From: Utricularia gibba
Lineage: Eukaryota > Plantae > Magnoliophyta
Assembly (NCBI GenBank): GCA_002189035.1
Contig: NEEC01000025.1
Span: 675,300 to 739,299 of the forward strand
Direction: 5' to 3'
Length of the DNA: 64,000 bases
Shown piece after piece: positions 12,521 to 25,944 of the stretch. Below the pieces are notes generated by a model. That model worked only from the letters and a program-made list of their open reading frames with translations. It had not been told where the DNA came from and made no database searches. Each line of letters begins with the position of its first letter. Within the stretch, counting starts at the first letter, position 1. The translations under genes were made by a program, and so were the position numbers.

Positions 12521-12920
12521 TGATGGTGAATGATGAAGTCCTGAAGAACTGTGAAAACAAGAGCTCCGAAGAAGGACGCAGCGCAGTGCCGAAGCATACT
12601 GAGGGCAGCGAATCTGATTCAAGCTCTGAAAGATGTCTCGTTGCTCTTGGGCCCGAATACTCAAGCCTGATGGGCCAAGACTCTGCCCAAGACCCTGGTC
12701 CACGAAAGCGGTTCAGGATATAGGGTATGCCGTACAAACCAGACAAAAAGAAGACTACCCTACGAGAAGATGGCAACGGTCGATTTCTAGCCCTGACAAG
12801 AACCAACGGGCGACATCCACTTTGTCTATAAATTCTCTCTAATACAGCAAGAAATATATGTTTTTGGCTCTCAACAACTTTCAATTCTTACAAATTCTCT
12901 CAACATTGAGCTCAACATCA
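12521..12920 (+). mobile_element. Possible solo LTR or LTR remnant, about 400 bp
   Basis: Begins TGATGGTGA and ends TCAACATCA (8/9 inverted match, TG...CA) with AAAG on both flanks. Internal CTATAAAT at 12826-12833 is followed by a CT/CA-rich tract. An alternative end at 12962 gives a 5-bp AAAAG duplication. A-rich flanks make chance matches easy. Confidence 0.35.
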
Positions 12921-14506
12921 AAAGATCTCCTCAACAATCAATATTCTTCAAAAACACTCACAAAAAGCAGATCTCGCTTGACCCAATTCACCCAATAACA
13001 TTTAAAAGCTCCTCTAAAACAGTTAACAAAGACGAAAGCTTCTCATTGCCGGCCATGGTGCGCGTAAGAGAATGCATTCCCGTGATACATTTAGGAGAAG
13101 GAAGTAATTGCCATGAATCCATGATTCTTCGGTGAGGTCCACTATTGTGCGATGATCATCACGAAATCAGACAAAGCTAAAGATACTGACCGTGAAAAAC
13201 ATTCATGAGTGCCAGCTGCGCTGGCAGCCCTAGCTTCTCGGCGGACATCAATGACGATAAAATCTCCAACGGGTTATCACCCAGCGTGACTATGTGATTT
13301 CTTTGTAGCTTCTTGTTGGTGAAACAGCAACAGAATGGTGGAAAGGGTGAACTGTGAAGCCAGCGTCAGCACCACCAGCACATGATGCCAGCATGGCCTT
13401 GAGACCTGAGGCAGGAACGTGGAAACATGGCCATGATCCATGACCACATCACCCTGGCATAAGCTGCTGCACCCACTCGTCTACCTACCTTTAGTAACGC
13501 GTTCGTTTGTTGGCAGTTGTTGCTAATAACCGTGTTGATTGAATTGTCCTTTTTTCCCGTCATTTTATGACCCTTGCGTAAAACATTCTACTTTGGAGTA
13601 CTCTTCTCAATATATCACCAAACATCTGGTTGTGACCAAGCACAGGAGGGGTCGTTAACTGGAAATATCACATCCAACTTTCTAATAGATTATTTCATGA
13701 TGATTCTTATAGATTTATAAGAGAAAAAAAATAATATTTTCGTATAATTACATTCATTTCACTGTATATGAACAGACAACTCCTCAATGTTATTGATGTT
13801 ACTTGTATGCAAAATTATGACCATATTCATATATTATATTGACTCTAATGAGACGACAATGTACCGTTTGAAGGATATTAAGAATTTTCAGTCGGGGTGA
13901 TGCAGAGTTGGAAACTAATCCATGATCACCGTGTCATTCATTCATTCACTCGAGTAGATAGATACATATTCATATCCATTTAACATAATCCGATGAATTT
14001 ACTAAGGTATGTACATGGGCCACTATCAGCCCATACTTTTCTTCTGGCTTTTGTGCTTCGGGGTGCATATTAATTAATACTCAACCCTCCTACTATTTGG
14101 ATGCAATGGATATGCATAAAACAAACAGTCCTCCTCTGACTTGCGCACTCACTCTCTTTTTGTCATTCTTGCACGCCAAACACAGATATCACACTTGCAA
14201 ACATTTTTGCTGCCAGACTGTGATTCTAGTGCTCTCTCAATGAATGTCCTTTGCATTATTAATTGATCGGAGTTGAGTCCCTGGCACAAGGACATCCTGT
14301 GTTGACATTTATCAATTATTTAGTCGATAGCAAGAACCAGAGGAGACGCGCGATATAGGAAATACACCCAGAACTCTGATCCCACGAGTCACTCAGAATA
14401 CTAAACGTATTACATACTACCAAATTAGCACAAATCACATTCATCGCGATGATAACAGTAGAAAATAAAGATGATTCCAGGTTTGGGGGAGAGGGGAATC
14501 CCTATT

Positions 14507-15651
14507 TCAGAAACCCCACAAGCAGTCAAGCTCAGGAACGCTGCCCCTCTTGAGATTCTCAGCGGGTATCATCCATTGTTGGCCTGGGGGAGTGCGGCTT
14601 GGGGCGGTGGTGGCATTTGTCAGCACCGTTTTAAGGTTAAAGTTGGTACGCTGAAGCGACAAGGAGGAGGCATCAAGTAGCATTGCATGATGAGCATTAA
14701 AAGACGATGGCGGCGGATGCTCAAAGAGTGAGAAGTGATTAAAGGCAGGGGTGGAGAAACAGGGCACGTGCTCATTGTTGTTGGAGTAGGCGATAGCAGC
14801 GTCTTCCATAGAGCAGTTGGAGGCGGCGGATAGTTCCAGTGCAGCTGCTGCTGGTGGTACCAGGGTGGAAACTGAACAGCCCGAAGTAATCTCAGAATTC
14901 GCGTCGGAGTTACTCCTCTTCTTACAGGTTCCACCTCCAGATGCAGGGGCAAGGGCCGGGGTAATCCTCCGCTCTTATGGAAAACACGGGAGATCACCCA
15001 CTCCCCCTGATGAGCAGTAATATAAAAATGTTTGCTTACTAACCCAGCTATCCGTTAACTAACAATCTAGACCTTTGATGTACCTTGGGGTTCCCTGGAA
15101 GATAGTGATAAGAAAATTTGCCTTCGAGGCGATATTCGTGCATGACCCAGTTGCTTTTCTCTCCCTTCGGGGCACGGCCTCTGTAGAAAACTAGGGTTTT
15201 TTTCATACCCACGAGAGAGCATGTCCTCGAGCAGCAGATTTCACGATCCTTCCCTGTTGCTTTCCAGTAGCCGGCTTCGGTTGCCCGATTAGTCCTCAAG
15301 CCAGTTGGGTATTTGCGGTCGCGCAGGCTGAAGAAGTACCACTCTTTCTCACCCGTCTTCGCCTTAACTGCAGATTCCATTTCGGTGCAAGACAACACAA
15401 ACATCACACTGAGGCAGCTGCTTCATTCATTGTAAGAAAGAAACAGAGAAATTACCTGGTAGATGCCAAGGCTCGCACTTGTTTATGTCAACTTCAGCAA
15501 TGGCTCTACAGGTGAAGTCCGAATTTAGAACCTTCTTGAGAAGATAGTGTGTTATGAGCTCTTCATCTGTTGGGTGGAACCTGAACCCCGGAGGCAAACC
15601 ACCACCAGCTTCGCAGCCATGATGATGATACTCATTATACTCCTCCATCAT
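14507..15651 (-). CDS. CUC2: CUC2-like NAC transcription factor, 3 exons (15651-15456, 15367-15084, 15006-14507), apparent -1 frameshift early in exon 3
   Basis: [83 protein letters not shown] and terminal ELDCLWGF. Exon 3 is 500 nt where 501 is needed. Confidence 0.85.
14752..14772 (-). promoter_or_regulatory. miR164 target site in the CUC2-like mRNA
   Basis: Plus strand TGGAGAAACAGGGCACGTGCT versus miR164 UGGAGAAGCAGGGCACGUGCA: one G:U pair at position 8 and a terminal mismatch. Confidence 0.93.
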
Positions 15652-17693
15652 GTACAAGCCAAGTAGTTGTGCTCGCGGAATGATAAACAAACTAGAAAAA
15701 AAAAAATTGAACTCTAGGAAAGTCCAGAGTCAGTTGGGTTAACGATAACGACAACACAAGCAGCAAACATGCCAAGGGAGTGGCAAGCTGAGTAGTGGGG
15801 AAAAGCGGAGCAGAATAGCCCGTATTTATACACGCAAGGACGTCAGGTAGGCGAAGCCCTCTTGGGATTTGGCGAAGCAAGAATGGCACAATGCCAAGGC
15901 AGCAAGAAAGGAAAACACCCCCGACTGTATGTAATCTGACGGGTCTCATCTCTCAGTGGGCACTTACTACCATTTGAATCCATTTGATGGTTATGTATGT
16001 AAATTGTAAAGTATGTTTGTTTACATACCGTGGCATGGGTGGTTGTGTGTCTGGATGTGTGGGTGAGTTAAACAAGTATGCGTGTCCGGGAGGAAGTGTG
16101 CAGGCATTCTACAGTGTCAGTGGACAAGCTGAAAAGCGAAGGAAAAGAAACGGAACAGGGAGTCATTCAAAATTTAAGAAAATAGGAAAGGGAGGAAGGT
16201 AAAGCTGTTTAGATTTTGTTTTCTTTCCTCATTCACCATGGAATGGATGATATCAAGAACATGAGAGTAATTAACAAGTGTGGGTGTGTGGACAGAATTG
16301 CAAATCTCTTCATTGACATGGAGGCATTTGGTGTGGGTTCCCAGTTCCCACTCTTTCTGATGGGATGCCGACTCTCATTAACAACTGCTGCTTTCCCACG
16401 AGGGCTACCATTTCAATTCTCATGTATGATCATTAAAAACAACAGCCTCGGAGTTTGTAATTCCGCAGGTGAGGGGTGAGGTGAGGTAACCATCTGCAAA
16501 ACATGAGGTAATCACACGCACACACACACACACACTGCCGAGTATTGAAGATGGTGCCCCTTTTTCTTCTCAAATGGGTTGTAAGGAGCATGCAGCATGG
16601 TATCGTGTATCGTGCCGTCCCATCATCACCCCTTTACACAATGATGGGTTTTCTATTGATTCTTTTTGCTTGGAGACACGAGTGCCGAATTGGCGAGGTA
16701 GCTAGCTATTTGGATTTGGATTTAGCAGTGGGTAAGGACGTGGGAGGTGGCGTGTTGTTGCGAACGAAGAGAAACATGAAAGCGGAGAAGGGGCAGGTGG
16801 GGGGACTGGAGGCAGTACGAGTACGAGTGCCCTCATGTTGATGTTTGAATTATTTATTAATAATAAAAGTGGAGAGTGGAGTGCAGTTGTTCTTGTCTTT
16901 CATTTAATATGGAGGCACTGCAGGGCAAGCATTACATTACACAGTGTCTGCAGATCTCACCTCGAGCCCTTCAAAACATCCAGATCAGCTGGCTGGCTGG
17001 CTGCCTGGCTGCCTTCCCGTAGAGTGGATAGGCCCCGTCTCGTCTGCTCCGGTCGCTCAGAGGACTGAGAGACCCGAGCGCACAGAACCCTGCGCCGGCT
17101 TCAAATTTTCAACCACACACGTCTCCATTCACATGCGATGGATGGATGGATGTCAAACATCTCTACTCTCCCTCTCCGCCTCCGGCGAGCAAATTTGCCT
17201 CCAAAACCTCTTCTTTTTCTTCCAGTAGGGACTAGGGAGGGAGTAGAGTGTCCTACTCAATCCATGCCATGCATTATATGATAGATACGATACCCTATTT
17301 AAATACCATCTCGCTGAGTAGCATTCCCTTATGTAAAAAAAAATACCTGCCTAACCAAGCTTCCAAGGTCCAAGTCTTTCCTGCTACCAAGAGTTATTGG
17401 TGAAAAATCCCGGCCATTTTATTTTAATTTAAATGGCAGTACAACGCTTTTGAGCCGTCAGATTGGCCACAAGGGCCCATCCTATCAGCCGTCGGATCCG
17501 TGGGCTGGCACTGGGCATGCTCTCCACATTTCAGCCCATCTAAGATTAGTGGGCCTCATTTGTTCTCTTCTACTTGTTTTTCTTTTTCGAAAAAAGGGGC
17601 ATGATTGGAAGTTAGTTGCCCTACTCTGCTCGTGCTGTTGATTCCATTCTATTTCTTGCAGCCGAATTCTTAACTTGCGACTTCTTGCTTATC

Positions 17694-19013
17694 ATGGCAG
17701 TACATTCGGACGATGGAAGAGATTTCAAGGTCCGTGTATTTGGATCGTCTTCCGAGGTGCGTTTACTTTACTCCAGCTGGTCTTTCGTAACATGTTAAGT
17801 TACAGTGACTTAGTACGTTATCTTTGATTTCGGTTAGTTGCTATCCGAGCTTCGGGAGAGCTGGCAGGGAAAGCCTAAGCCCTATCCCGCAATGTATTCC
17901 AGTGTATTTGGTGGGATTACTCTTGATACGGAGATGATGGTTATTCCCATAGATGATCACATGGTTCATCGGGGCCACGGGGTTTTCGATACCGCAACTA
18001 TTTTTAACGGGTAAATTTGTTTCCACTTCATAGAAACACATCTTGAAACCAGAATTGCACTCTTTTATTCTTCTCTCACTCGAGGGATCTGTGATGCATG
18101 CTTTGTCTTAATTTATATGCCACAGATATCTTTACGGCATTGATGACCATCTAGCCCGTTTCTTGACATCAGCTGAAAAAGCGAAAATCAGACCCCCCTT
18201 TTCTCGGTCCGCACTGAGAAGCATTCTCATTCAACTCACTGCAGCTTCAAAATGCAGAAAGGGATCCCTGAGATATTGGTTGAGCGCTGGACCGGGGGAT
18301 TTCTTTCTCTCACCCTCTGGCTGCACAACATCCGCTTTCTATGCTGTAGTCATTGATGAAGATTTCAGCCAATGCAGAGATGGGGTGAGAGTGATAACAT
18401 CCACAATTCCCATGAAACCAACTCTTTTCGCCACAATGAAGAATGTAAACTACCTCCCAAATGTTCTCTCACTGATGGAAGCTGAAGAGAAAGGGGCGTT
18501 TGCTTCTATTTGGGTTGATGAAAATGGTTATATTGCTGAGGGTCCAAATATGAATGTTGCCTTCTTAACTCAAGATAAAGAGCTTATTTTTCCAGGATTT
18601 GATAACATTCTGAGCGGTTGCACTGCGCTTAGACTGATTCAGCTTGCTCGAAAACTGGTTGATCAAGGCTTTTTGAAGGCTGTGGATACGAGAAACATAA
18701 CTGTGGAGGAGGCAAAAAGGACTTCTGAGATGATGTTCCTAGGAAGCGCTCTTCCTATAATTCCCATCATCGATTGGGACGGGAAGCCCATTGGAAATGG
18801 TTGGTAGCGTCTCTGGATTCCATAGCAGACAATGCTTGTGTTGATCTGAACAAGTTGTTTCTATAATTTCAGTCCACTTTCATGTTTGGGGCTTTGTTGT
18901 TCATTGCAGGTGAAGTTGGAGAATTGACGATGTCCCTCTCTGATCTGCTTTGGGAAGACATGGTTGCTGGCCCAGAAACACAAAGGGTTCCAGTTCCTTA
19001 TTCAGATGTTTAA
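17694..19013 (+). CDS. PLP-dependent class IV aminotransferase, D-amino-acid transaminase / aminodeoxychorismate lyase-like, 4 exons
   Basis: PYPAMYSSVFGGITLD, IPIDDHMVHRGHGVFDTA, FATMKNVNYLPNVLS (PLP lysine motif), EGPNMNV, ILSGCTA; last exon ends DMVAGPETQRVPVPYSDV*. Confidence 0.88.
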
Positions 19014-20426
19014 GCTCAACTGATAGTTCAGCTAACAGCTGATGTGGGAGGTTCCATAACTCAGAAGGACTCTCAATCTCTGTGTTGTGGCCTGTGGGTG
19101 GAGGAAGATTCTCTGGTTCTTTGTGTTGTTGCTGATTGTTTCAGCTGACTATTCGTCCGCTATCGAATTGGAATTGAGGTCCTTTGGCGCAGAAGCTCTT
19201 TCCATTACAAATTACATTAAATGGCATTCCCTCATTCTTTAAACTAGGTAATGGATAAGCACTTATTGGTAGTGAGTGAGTAGTCACTATTTGACTCTTG
19301 TGCTCTGGTGAAAAGCACCGCGGAGGTTGATGAGTTGTACCTGCCTGTAATGAATTTGCTTTACACATGTAGGGTAATTGGCATATTGCAAAACGCAAAT
19401 TTGTGAATATTACAGGTTACACGTAAGCACGTAGTTGATGTTATGTTCCATCCAAATGCATTTGTGGGGGACCAGGAGCTGGGATCGAAATAACCTGATT
19501 GATTCTGCAAAGGTAACAGCCGCTGAGATACCGGGGAGTCAGGGGATTCCAATGAACAGCTACCTCCACAGATTACCCCCAAACACCCAAATGTGCCCTG
19601 CCATGATACTAGTTCAGGCAGGCTTGCTGGTATCTATTTTCCTTCCGATTCGTCCTAGTTGTGGTATTTTGTTTTTGGGTAGCGCAATTCTAAGAGCATT
19701 ATGCTTGCGATATTGTTGATATTTAGGAAAAAGGAGCGAACGTGTGTGGCAACTTGAAAAGACTGCTGAAGTGGTAGAGCTTTTGGCAACCAGGAAAATA
19801 TGGCGAGGGACTTGACCGAGCCTGCCTGCCTGCCCCTCAAGCGTCGCACTTGCTGGCCCCACTAAACGGCTCTGGGTGTATTAGTCTTTGTCTAGTCGTC
19901 TAGTGCAGCATCTTGCTTAGTTATCTTACCTCATTCACACGCTCTAGCTTCTAGCGAGTCTACACTACAGGGTGGGCTAATCAAGTTGGTAGTAATCTAT
20001 TTTGGGTAGAATCAGAGAGGAATTTGGAACTGAAGTCGAGGGCAGGACCCCAGTTGAGAGAAGCTAAAATATTAAGTTTACCCGAACTTTTCATGGGAGT
20101 CGTTCCCTATAGGCTACTCCTACCGACGAATTGCCAAGAGAGTTGGCCTCGGCCACCACCATCTGTACATCAATTATCAATCCCTTTCAGAAGCTGATGA
20201 ATAAACTCAAACATCATGTTTTTCGTCAAACCCCACATTAATATTCTTCTGTACACGAGGTGGTGCTCCTACAGCCACCCCACGGATAATTTTAAAGTTA
20301 AACCTCCTATATATACTGCTACTCCCCACGCACAGGCCCCCAACCAATCCTTTTTTCCATTCTCCAACGGAGAGTAAAGGAAAAAAAAAAACAAACCAAA
20401 AAAAAAAAAAAAACAGAGGATTCATC

Positions 20427-20987
20427 ATGAGCCTTCAACACAGCCAGAAGAGCCACCACGCCTTGAAACTGCAGAAGAAGAGGCTGACTCAAGACCAAGT
20501 ACGAGTCCTGGAAGCCAGCTTCATCGCCGGTAAGAAGCTGGAACCTGAGCGGAAGTTCCAGTTAGCTCGGGAGCTGGGTGTACCACCGCGCCAAATTGCC
20601 ATCTGGTACCAGAACAAGAGAGCGAGGTGGAAGAACCAGAGCTTGGAGCTCGACTACGGGGCCCTGCAGCTGCGTCTGGAAGCCGCTCTTGCCGACAAAA
20701 GGCAACTAGAGAAACAAGTGGAGAGTCTGAGAGCAGAGCTTAAACGGGCTACTCAAGATACTACTGCTTTCAGGTCACAGTTTCAAAACCCCGTCTTTGG
20801 GTCCTCCCTGTCCAGCGGCGGCGACGAAACCACCACCACAGTCTGTTCGAGCTTAAACGACGATGTTGGCTACTCTGGGAACTGGGGAAATGGGGATTCT
20901 CTCAAGCTTGAAGAGCTTTACGCGTGTCTGATGCTTGGCATCCCCAAGGGATCAAATCATGCGCCATTTCCCGGCGGGGTCAAGTGA
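20427..20987 (+). CDS. ATHB52: HD-Zip class I transcription factor, ATHB52-like, single exon, 186 aa
   Basis: [16 protein letters not shown]...[41 protein letters not shown] followed by a leucine zipper. Confidence 0.88.
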   Translation: MSLQHSQKSHHALKLQKKRLTQDQVRVLEASFIAGKKLEPERKFQLARELGVPPRQIAIWYQNKRARWKNQSLELDYGALQLRLEAALADKRQLEKQVESLRAELKRATQDTTAFRSQFQNPVFGSSLSSGGDETTTTVCSSLNDDVGYSGNWGNGDSLKLEELYACLMLGIPKGSNHAPFPGGVK

Positions 20988-22096
20988 CACCCGGGTTTTG
21001 TCTTGTACCGATATCAATTAGAATAAGAAAGAAAAATTAAAGCGGGACTACTTGTGGAGTTTCTATAGCGAGTGTTGCGTTGGATTGGTACCATCCTTCG
21101 CAGTATGACTTTGCTGCTAGAGCGTGACATCGATTTTCTTCGGCTTGCCCCTGTCGCACTGTGAATTCATCCCTCGCATTCTTTCTGTTTTCTTTTTTTG
21201 TTTCCCTGGACATCCAAAATGTATCAAAACCCGTTGTTTGTGAGTTCCAAGCGTTAGGACAACCAACCCAACCATGTGCTTCAGAGGATAGACAAGATGC
21301 TACCCGGGATGGGATGTGTGCAGTGCAGTGGTTCCCTGGTAGTAAATTTAGGTGCGTAGACCCAGGACACGGGACAGGTTTGCTGTCAATTTACGGGTTA
21401 CCGGCTAATCTGAAAGGCCAAATTGAGGGAGCCTCACACGTTGGCCTGTCTAGGAAGGATCTACATCCTTCAGGCCCCCCTCACCCCAAGTGGTGATTTC
21501 TCAAGTCATCCTTAATTGCTGATTAGCCCCTATGCTATCCTTTCCTTGCCAAGGATAGGGTAGCATAATTAATGGGGTTCATAAAAGCCCAGACTCTCTA
21601 TGTAACACATGTGCCCTCCTACCAGGGGACTGGTGCAACTTGAATTAAACGACATTAAATTGCAATGCAACCTCACGGTCAATCTGGTCTCATTGGGCTT
21701 CAGCTTCAGCCCCCCTTGGATAAAAGGAAGTAAAAACCAAAAAAAGGAAGAAATAGCGCTGGCCTACCCTCTATCTTTTGATTACACATGAATTAATGGC
21801 GATTAACTGCGTGTGGGGACTTTTCACAATCCTTCCTTTTCATGCTCCACTCTTCTTGCCTTCACTGGAATCCAAAAACCAAAATGTGTAGCAAAGGCCT
21901 TGGGTGTTGGCAATTCCTGCCGTGCCCTCGTCTTCACAACCATCTCTCACGGCAACACCCCGATCCTTCCTTCTACGGTTCTGCCCCATGAGACAACTTG
22001 CAAACTTCCTCCTGCCCCGCCCTGCCTTCCCTTTTCCCCGATTTTAACTTTTGTGAACAATGGGACGATCTGCCTTGCCCTAATTCCATTTCTCCT

Positions 22097-23594
22097 ATGG
22101 CCGCGCTCCGGGAGATAAATTTGTTGCGCCGCCCAGTTTTGCTATCTTCTCCTCTCCTTCCCTTTCATTTATTCCCCTCTCCGTTATCGTTTCGGTCTCA
22201 ATCGCGAACATCATTCGTCACGTGTTCCTCTCATTCTTCGAAACCCAGCATAGGTTCGAAATGGAAGCCCACGTGTTTGTATTACACCCAAGGGAAGTGT
22301 ACGAAGGTGATCCCTATGTGAAATGCGTCTCATTTTCCGGAAATCTCTGAAGCCTTCTCACTGTGATGTGTTTTGCTGTTTTAACTCATGTAGAGTGAAG
22401 ATCCTCTGCACCTTGAGAAGTTCAGTCATAGCTGCTCTGTGCAATTAGGGGACAGCGTTTCCGGGTCACCAAATGTCCTGGGACAAGACTATGATTACTT
22501 TCTCGTGCTTGATTTAGAGGGAAAAGTCGAGGTTCTGGAATTTCCAGTGCTACTATTCGATACCAAGACTCTGGACGTAGTAGACGTTTTCCACAGGTCA
22601 GAAGCAATCCCTCATATTAAAAAGAAAACCTTCACTGAGGTTTACATAGATATGGGTGCGATTTGCACCACGCATTCCATCTGTTCTCTTCCTATGTGCC
22701 CAGGTTCGTAAGGCCTACTAAGATGAGCCAACAAAGGATAAACGAGTACATTGAGGGAAAGTATGGAATGCTTGGTTTGGATCGGTATGGATCTTTTTTT
22801 TTGCGTGCTTTTTAGTTTAGTTAGATGCTATTTACTCCCAACCAATCTGCTTGCGCTGAAAATGAAACCATCCCGGTTGGGTTCTATAATCCTGTGCAGT
22901 GTGTGGCATGACACTGCCATAAAGTTTGCAGATGTCATCGAACAGTTTGAAGGTTGGCTGAGAAAAGAGAGAGTCGGGGGTATTGCTCTAAGACAGGAGT
23001 CTGGAGATGGCATTCTGCATAGAGCAGCATTCGTGACTTGGTGAGAACCAGCCATCCAACTCACGAAGCTGCATTTTTGTACAAGCGTGAGTTGCATTTT
23101 CTTTAGAAATGAAATATGTTGGCTCACGAGATTCTTTTTACCTGCTTTTGCTATGCTATGACCACGAACCAGTGGGAACTGGGATCTCAAAACAAAAATC
23201 CCAGATCAATGCAAGGTTTCGGGTATTGAACTTCCTCCTTATTTTATGGAATGGATCAATATCAAGGACATTTTCCTCAACTTCTACAATACAAGGGTTA
23301 GCGCCAACATTCTGTATTTGAATTTTCACTGTCTGCTGGAGGGGGTCTTCATAGTGGGGTCTTGCTGCTGCTAAGCGGTTCTCTTGTCTGAAGCAGGCGC
23401 CTGGAATGCTCTCGATGATGCGACATCTCCACATCCCGTTGTTGGGCAGCCACCATGTTGGTATTGATGATTCCAAGAATATAGCGAGAGTCTTACGGCG
23501 CATGCTTGCTGATGGCGCTCACCTTCAAGTAACAGCAAAACGAGCTCGCACTTCGCCTCATTCTGTTACATTTCTCTTCCGTAACCGAATCTAA
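22097..23594 (+). CDS. ERI1-like DEDDh 3'-5' exonuclease with an N-terminal Cys/His motif, 6 exons
   Basis: WKPTCLYYTQGKCTK, YFLVLDLEGKVEVLEFPV (ExoI), FVRPTKM, AAFVTCGNWDLKTKIP, GSHHVGIDDSKNIARVL (ExoIII). Confidence 0.88.
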
Positions 23595-23892
23595 TGTAAA
23601 AGCTTCTCAGTAGAGAGTTGCATGCGAAACTCCTAACGCAATCAAGGTGCTAGTCGTCTCCCAGTTTTAAGGTTTCGCATGGATTGAATTGCTGAAATGA
23701 TGGATGATCAGGGAGGGATTCAGGATCAGGATCAGGATCAGGCGGTGGTTGTGGGCTGAAGCCTTTCGAGCCGGTCTGACGACAAGATCGCATCTTGCAG
23801 GCCCACAACTACAAACGTGAGCAGCTGATAATTTATTTAGAAAAAACATACATGGTTAACCTGATCGCTTCTCCAAAAAACCCCAGCGTCAA

Positions 23893-24989
23893 ATGTGGAT
23901 ACTATCATCTTCTCCACGGCAGTTCCTCCCTCTCCTGCCGGTCCATGTCCCTTTGCTATCTTCTTCTTCAAATCCGTGCCCCCTTTCTCTCACTGCTGTT
24001 TCCGTACCTGTCCTTCGTCTCTCCAGCCTCTCTTCTCGAAATGCGATTGCAGAGGTCGTATCCGAAAGGAGCGACGATAGTGTGACAGACTCCCAAGATG
24101 GTCCTATAGAGATATCTCCTTCGAGATCAACCATTTTCGCTACCTCGGATGAGCCCACGCCTCTCCAGTCTTTGACTAGTTTTCTCCTCACAGGCTCCAT
24201 CACCCTGCTACTCTTTCGCTCTCTCCGCCGCCGCGCCCAACGTGCCAGAGAAAATGTACGCTGCTTGCCGCCTTTTCCTTTTCCCAATTCTAAGCACCGG
24301 AGTTTTACTTGTTGGTTTTCTCTTGGGATTGTTCGATTATAGCTTTTTGCACATTGATCGGCTGTTCCCCATTTTACGAATCAGAAATTCAGATCATCCG
24401 GTGAAACCAAGTCTCTAACTGAAGAGGCCTTGGAGAGCCTGAAGTCTGTTACTCTGTCGCCAGCAGCCTCCAAATCTCAACCAAAACCTATTCAGGCGTT
24501 TCTCGGCGCATTGGCAGCCGGCTCCATTGCTTTGATTCTTTACAAGTTCACTACAACAATCGGATCTGCACTCGATCGCCAAACAATTTCAGATAATTAC
24601 TCGGTAAGGTTCTATTTTCATCATCCTGGATTCCTCCCCACCCTCACATCCAACCAACTCAACTGCACGCTCTTCTTTCATTGTTTCTAGGTGCGCCAGA
24701 TAACAATAACCATAAGGTAATGTAACCCGTGTCCCCCTTGCTTTTTGTTCAGTTAACAGCTGCGTTATTTCACAGGACAATAATCAATGGCTTGTGCTAT
24801 CTCGCCACATTTGTTTTTGGAGCCAATTCTCTTGGATTGTTCCTGTACTCTGCCCAGCTTGCCATCAACTCCTTGATGGGTAGTCCAGGCGGTTACACTG
24901 AAGAACCTACAAGTTCATCTGAGGTGAAATCCAGTGTTTCTGATATACCTAGCAGCAGCGAAGATCACAGCCCCGAAGAAAAACGATAA
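23893..24989 (+). CDS. DUF3082 family plastid membrane protein, 4 exons
   Basis: PTPLQSLTSFLLTGSITLLLFRSLRRRAQRARE, QAFLGALAAGSIALILYKFTTTIGSALDRQTISDNYS|VRQITITIR|TIINGLCYLATFVFGANSLGLFLYS; GT-AG introns. Confidence 0.85.
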
Positions 24990-25944
24990 TGGGAACAATT
25001 CACTCTCGGACGTGGTTACCTTCGTCGCTACTACTTTGGATGGTCTTGACTCTTTGGGACACTGATTGTAAGTTTCAGGTTATTTCACACGACCAGAATT
25101 GCTAAAGAGTAAAAAACAGAAGCTTCAGCAATGCAGAAAACATTCGGGACCATGAATTCAAAGCAAACAACGGTGCTAATTGGTATTCATGTCATTGGCA
25201 TAGGAGAAAGAAAAGCGAAGCGATCTAAAGCAACCCTCTTTTCCTGGTGTTGAAACTGGATGAGCTGATCACGCTGTAGTTTGCTGGAAGTGTTTCTGAA
25301 AGAAGAGAAACGGGCTCAGGCTTGTTGAAATAGGTGAACAGAAGATACACACCATCCAATTAAGTGTTGCTCTCTCCAGCTTCGTTCTTCGAGATGCACC
25401 CCACAAGTCTCAGCAATGAACATCCATCAAAATCCATGCCAATGTTTGAAGCTTTATAATTCAGGGATGAGGCTCCTATGAGTGATTGCCAACAGTGAAT
25501 TCTTCATAATAACTAAGATTTTCGCCGGGTTTAAACGCTCATTCAGCAGGAACAACAAATCTGTCAATTGAATCACACAGAATGAGACAGTAGCGTCCTG
25601 ACAACTCTAAGCGTCCAGCAGGCTCTCGCTCTAACCCTTGGTCGAGTTCCATTTAGCTCTCTTCCGTTTCAAATACAGATGGAATGGAAGGGGAACACCC
25701 AACATGTAACATAGTCGAGGGAGTAGTAGCCAATTGAGGAATCAGCCATCTAGATTGTTGGCCGGAAGTAAAGGCGCAATTGAGAGAAACCGGTTCTTGC
25801 TTCTTCCCCACAAAAAGCAAAACTGCATAAAGTAATCAGATTTTTCATCCACCCAGTATTTAATCTTTCCGAAAAAAATAACTCGGTGAAGAAAAATTAC
25901 CGATTGTAAGAGAAATGGACAAAGAGCGAGTGCAGCTATCACCT

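Noticed and set aside
12520-12723. 67-aa acidic, Ser-rich ORF
   Set aside because: No recognisable domain or splice continuation; better explained as part of the LTR-like segment.
13030-13600. GC-balanced stretch that might be a miRNA precursor or gene relic
   Set aside because: No match to conserved miRNAs I know, no long fold-back seen by eye, and no recognisable peptide in the frames I translated.
19041-19049. TCCCACATC on the minus strand, resembling the snRNA / telomerase RNA USE element
   Set aside because: No proper TATA box at the expected spacing, no snRNA or telomere-template sequence downstream, and it lies in the aminotransferase 3' UTR.
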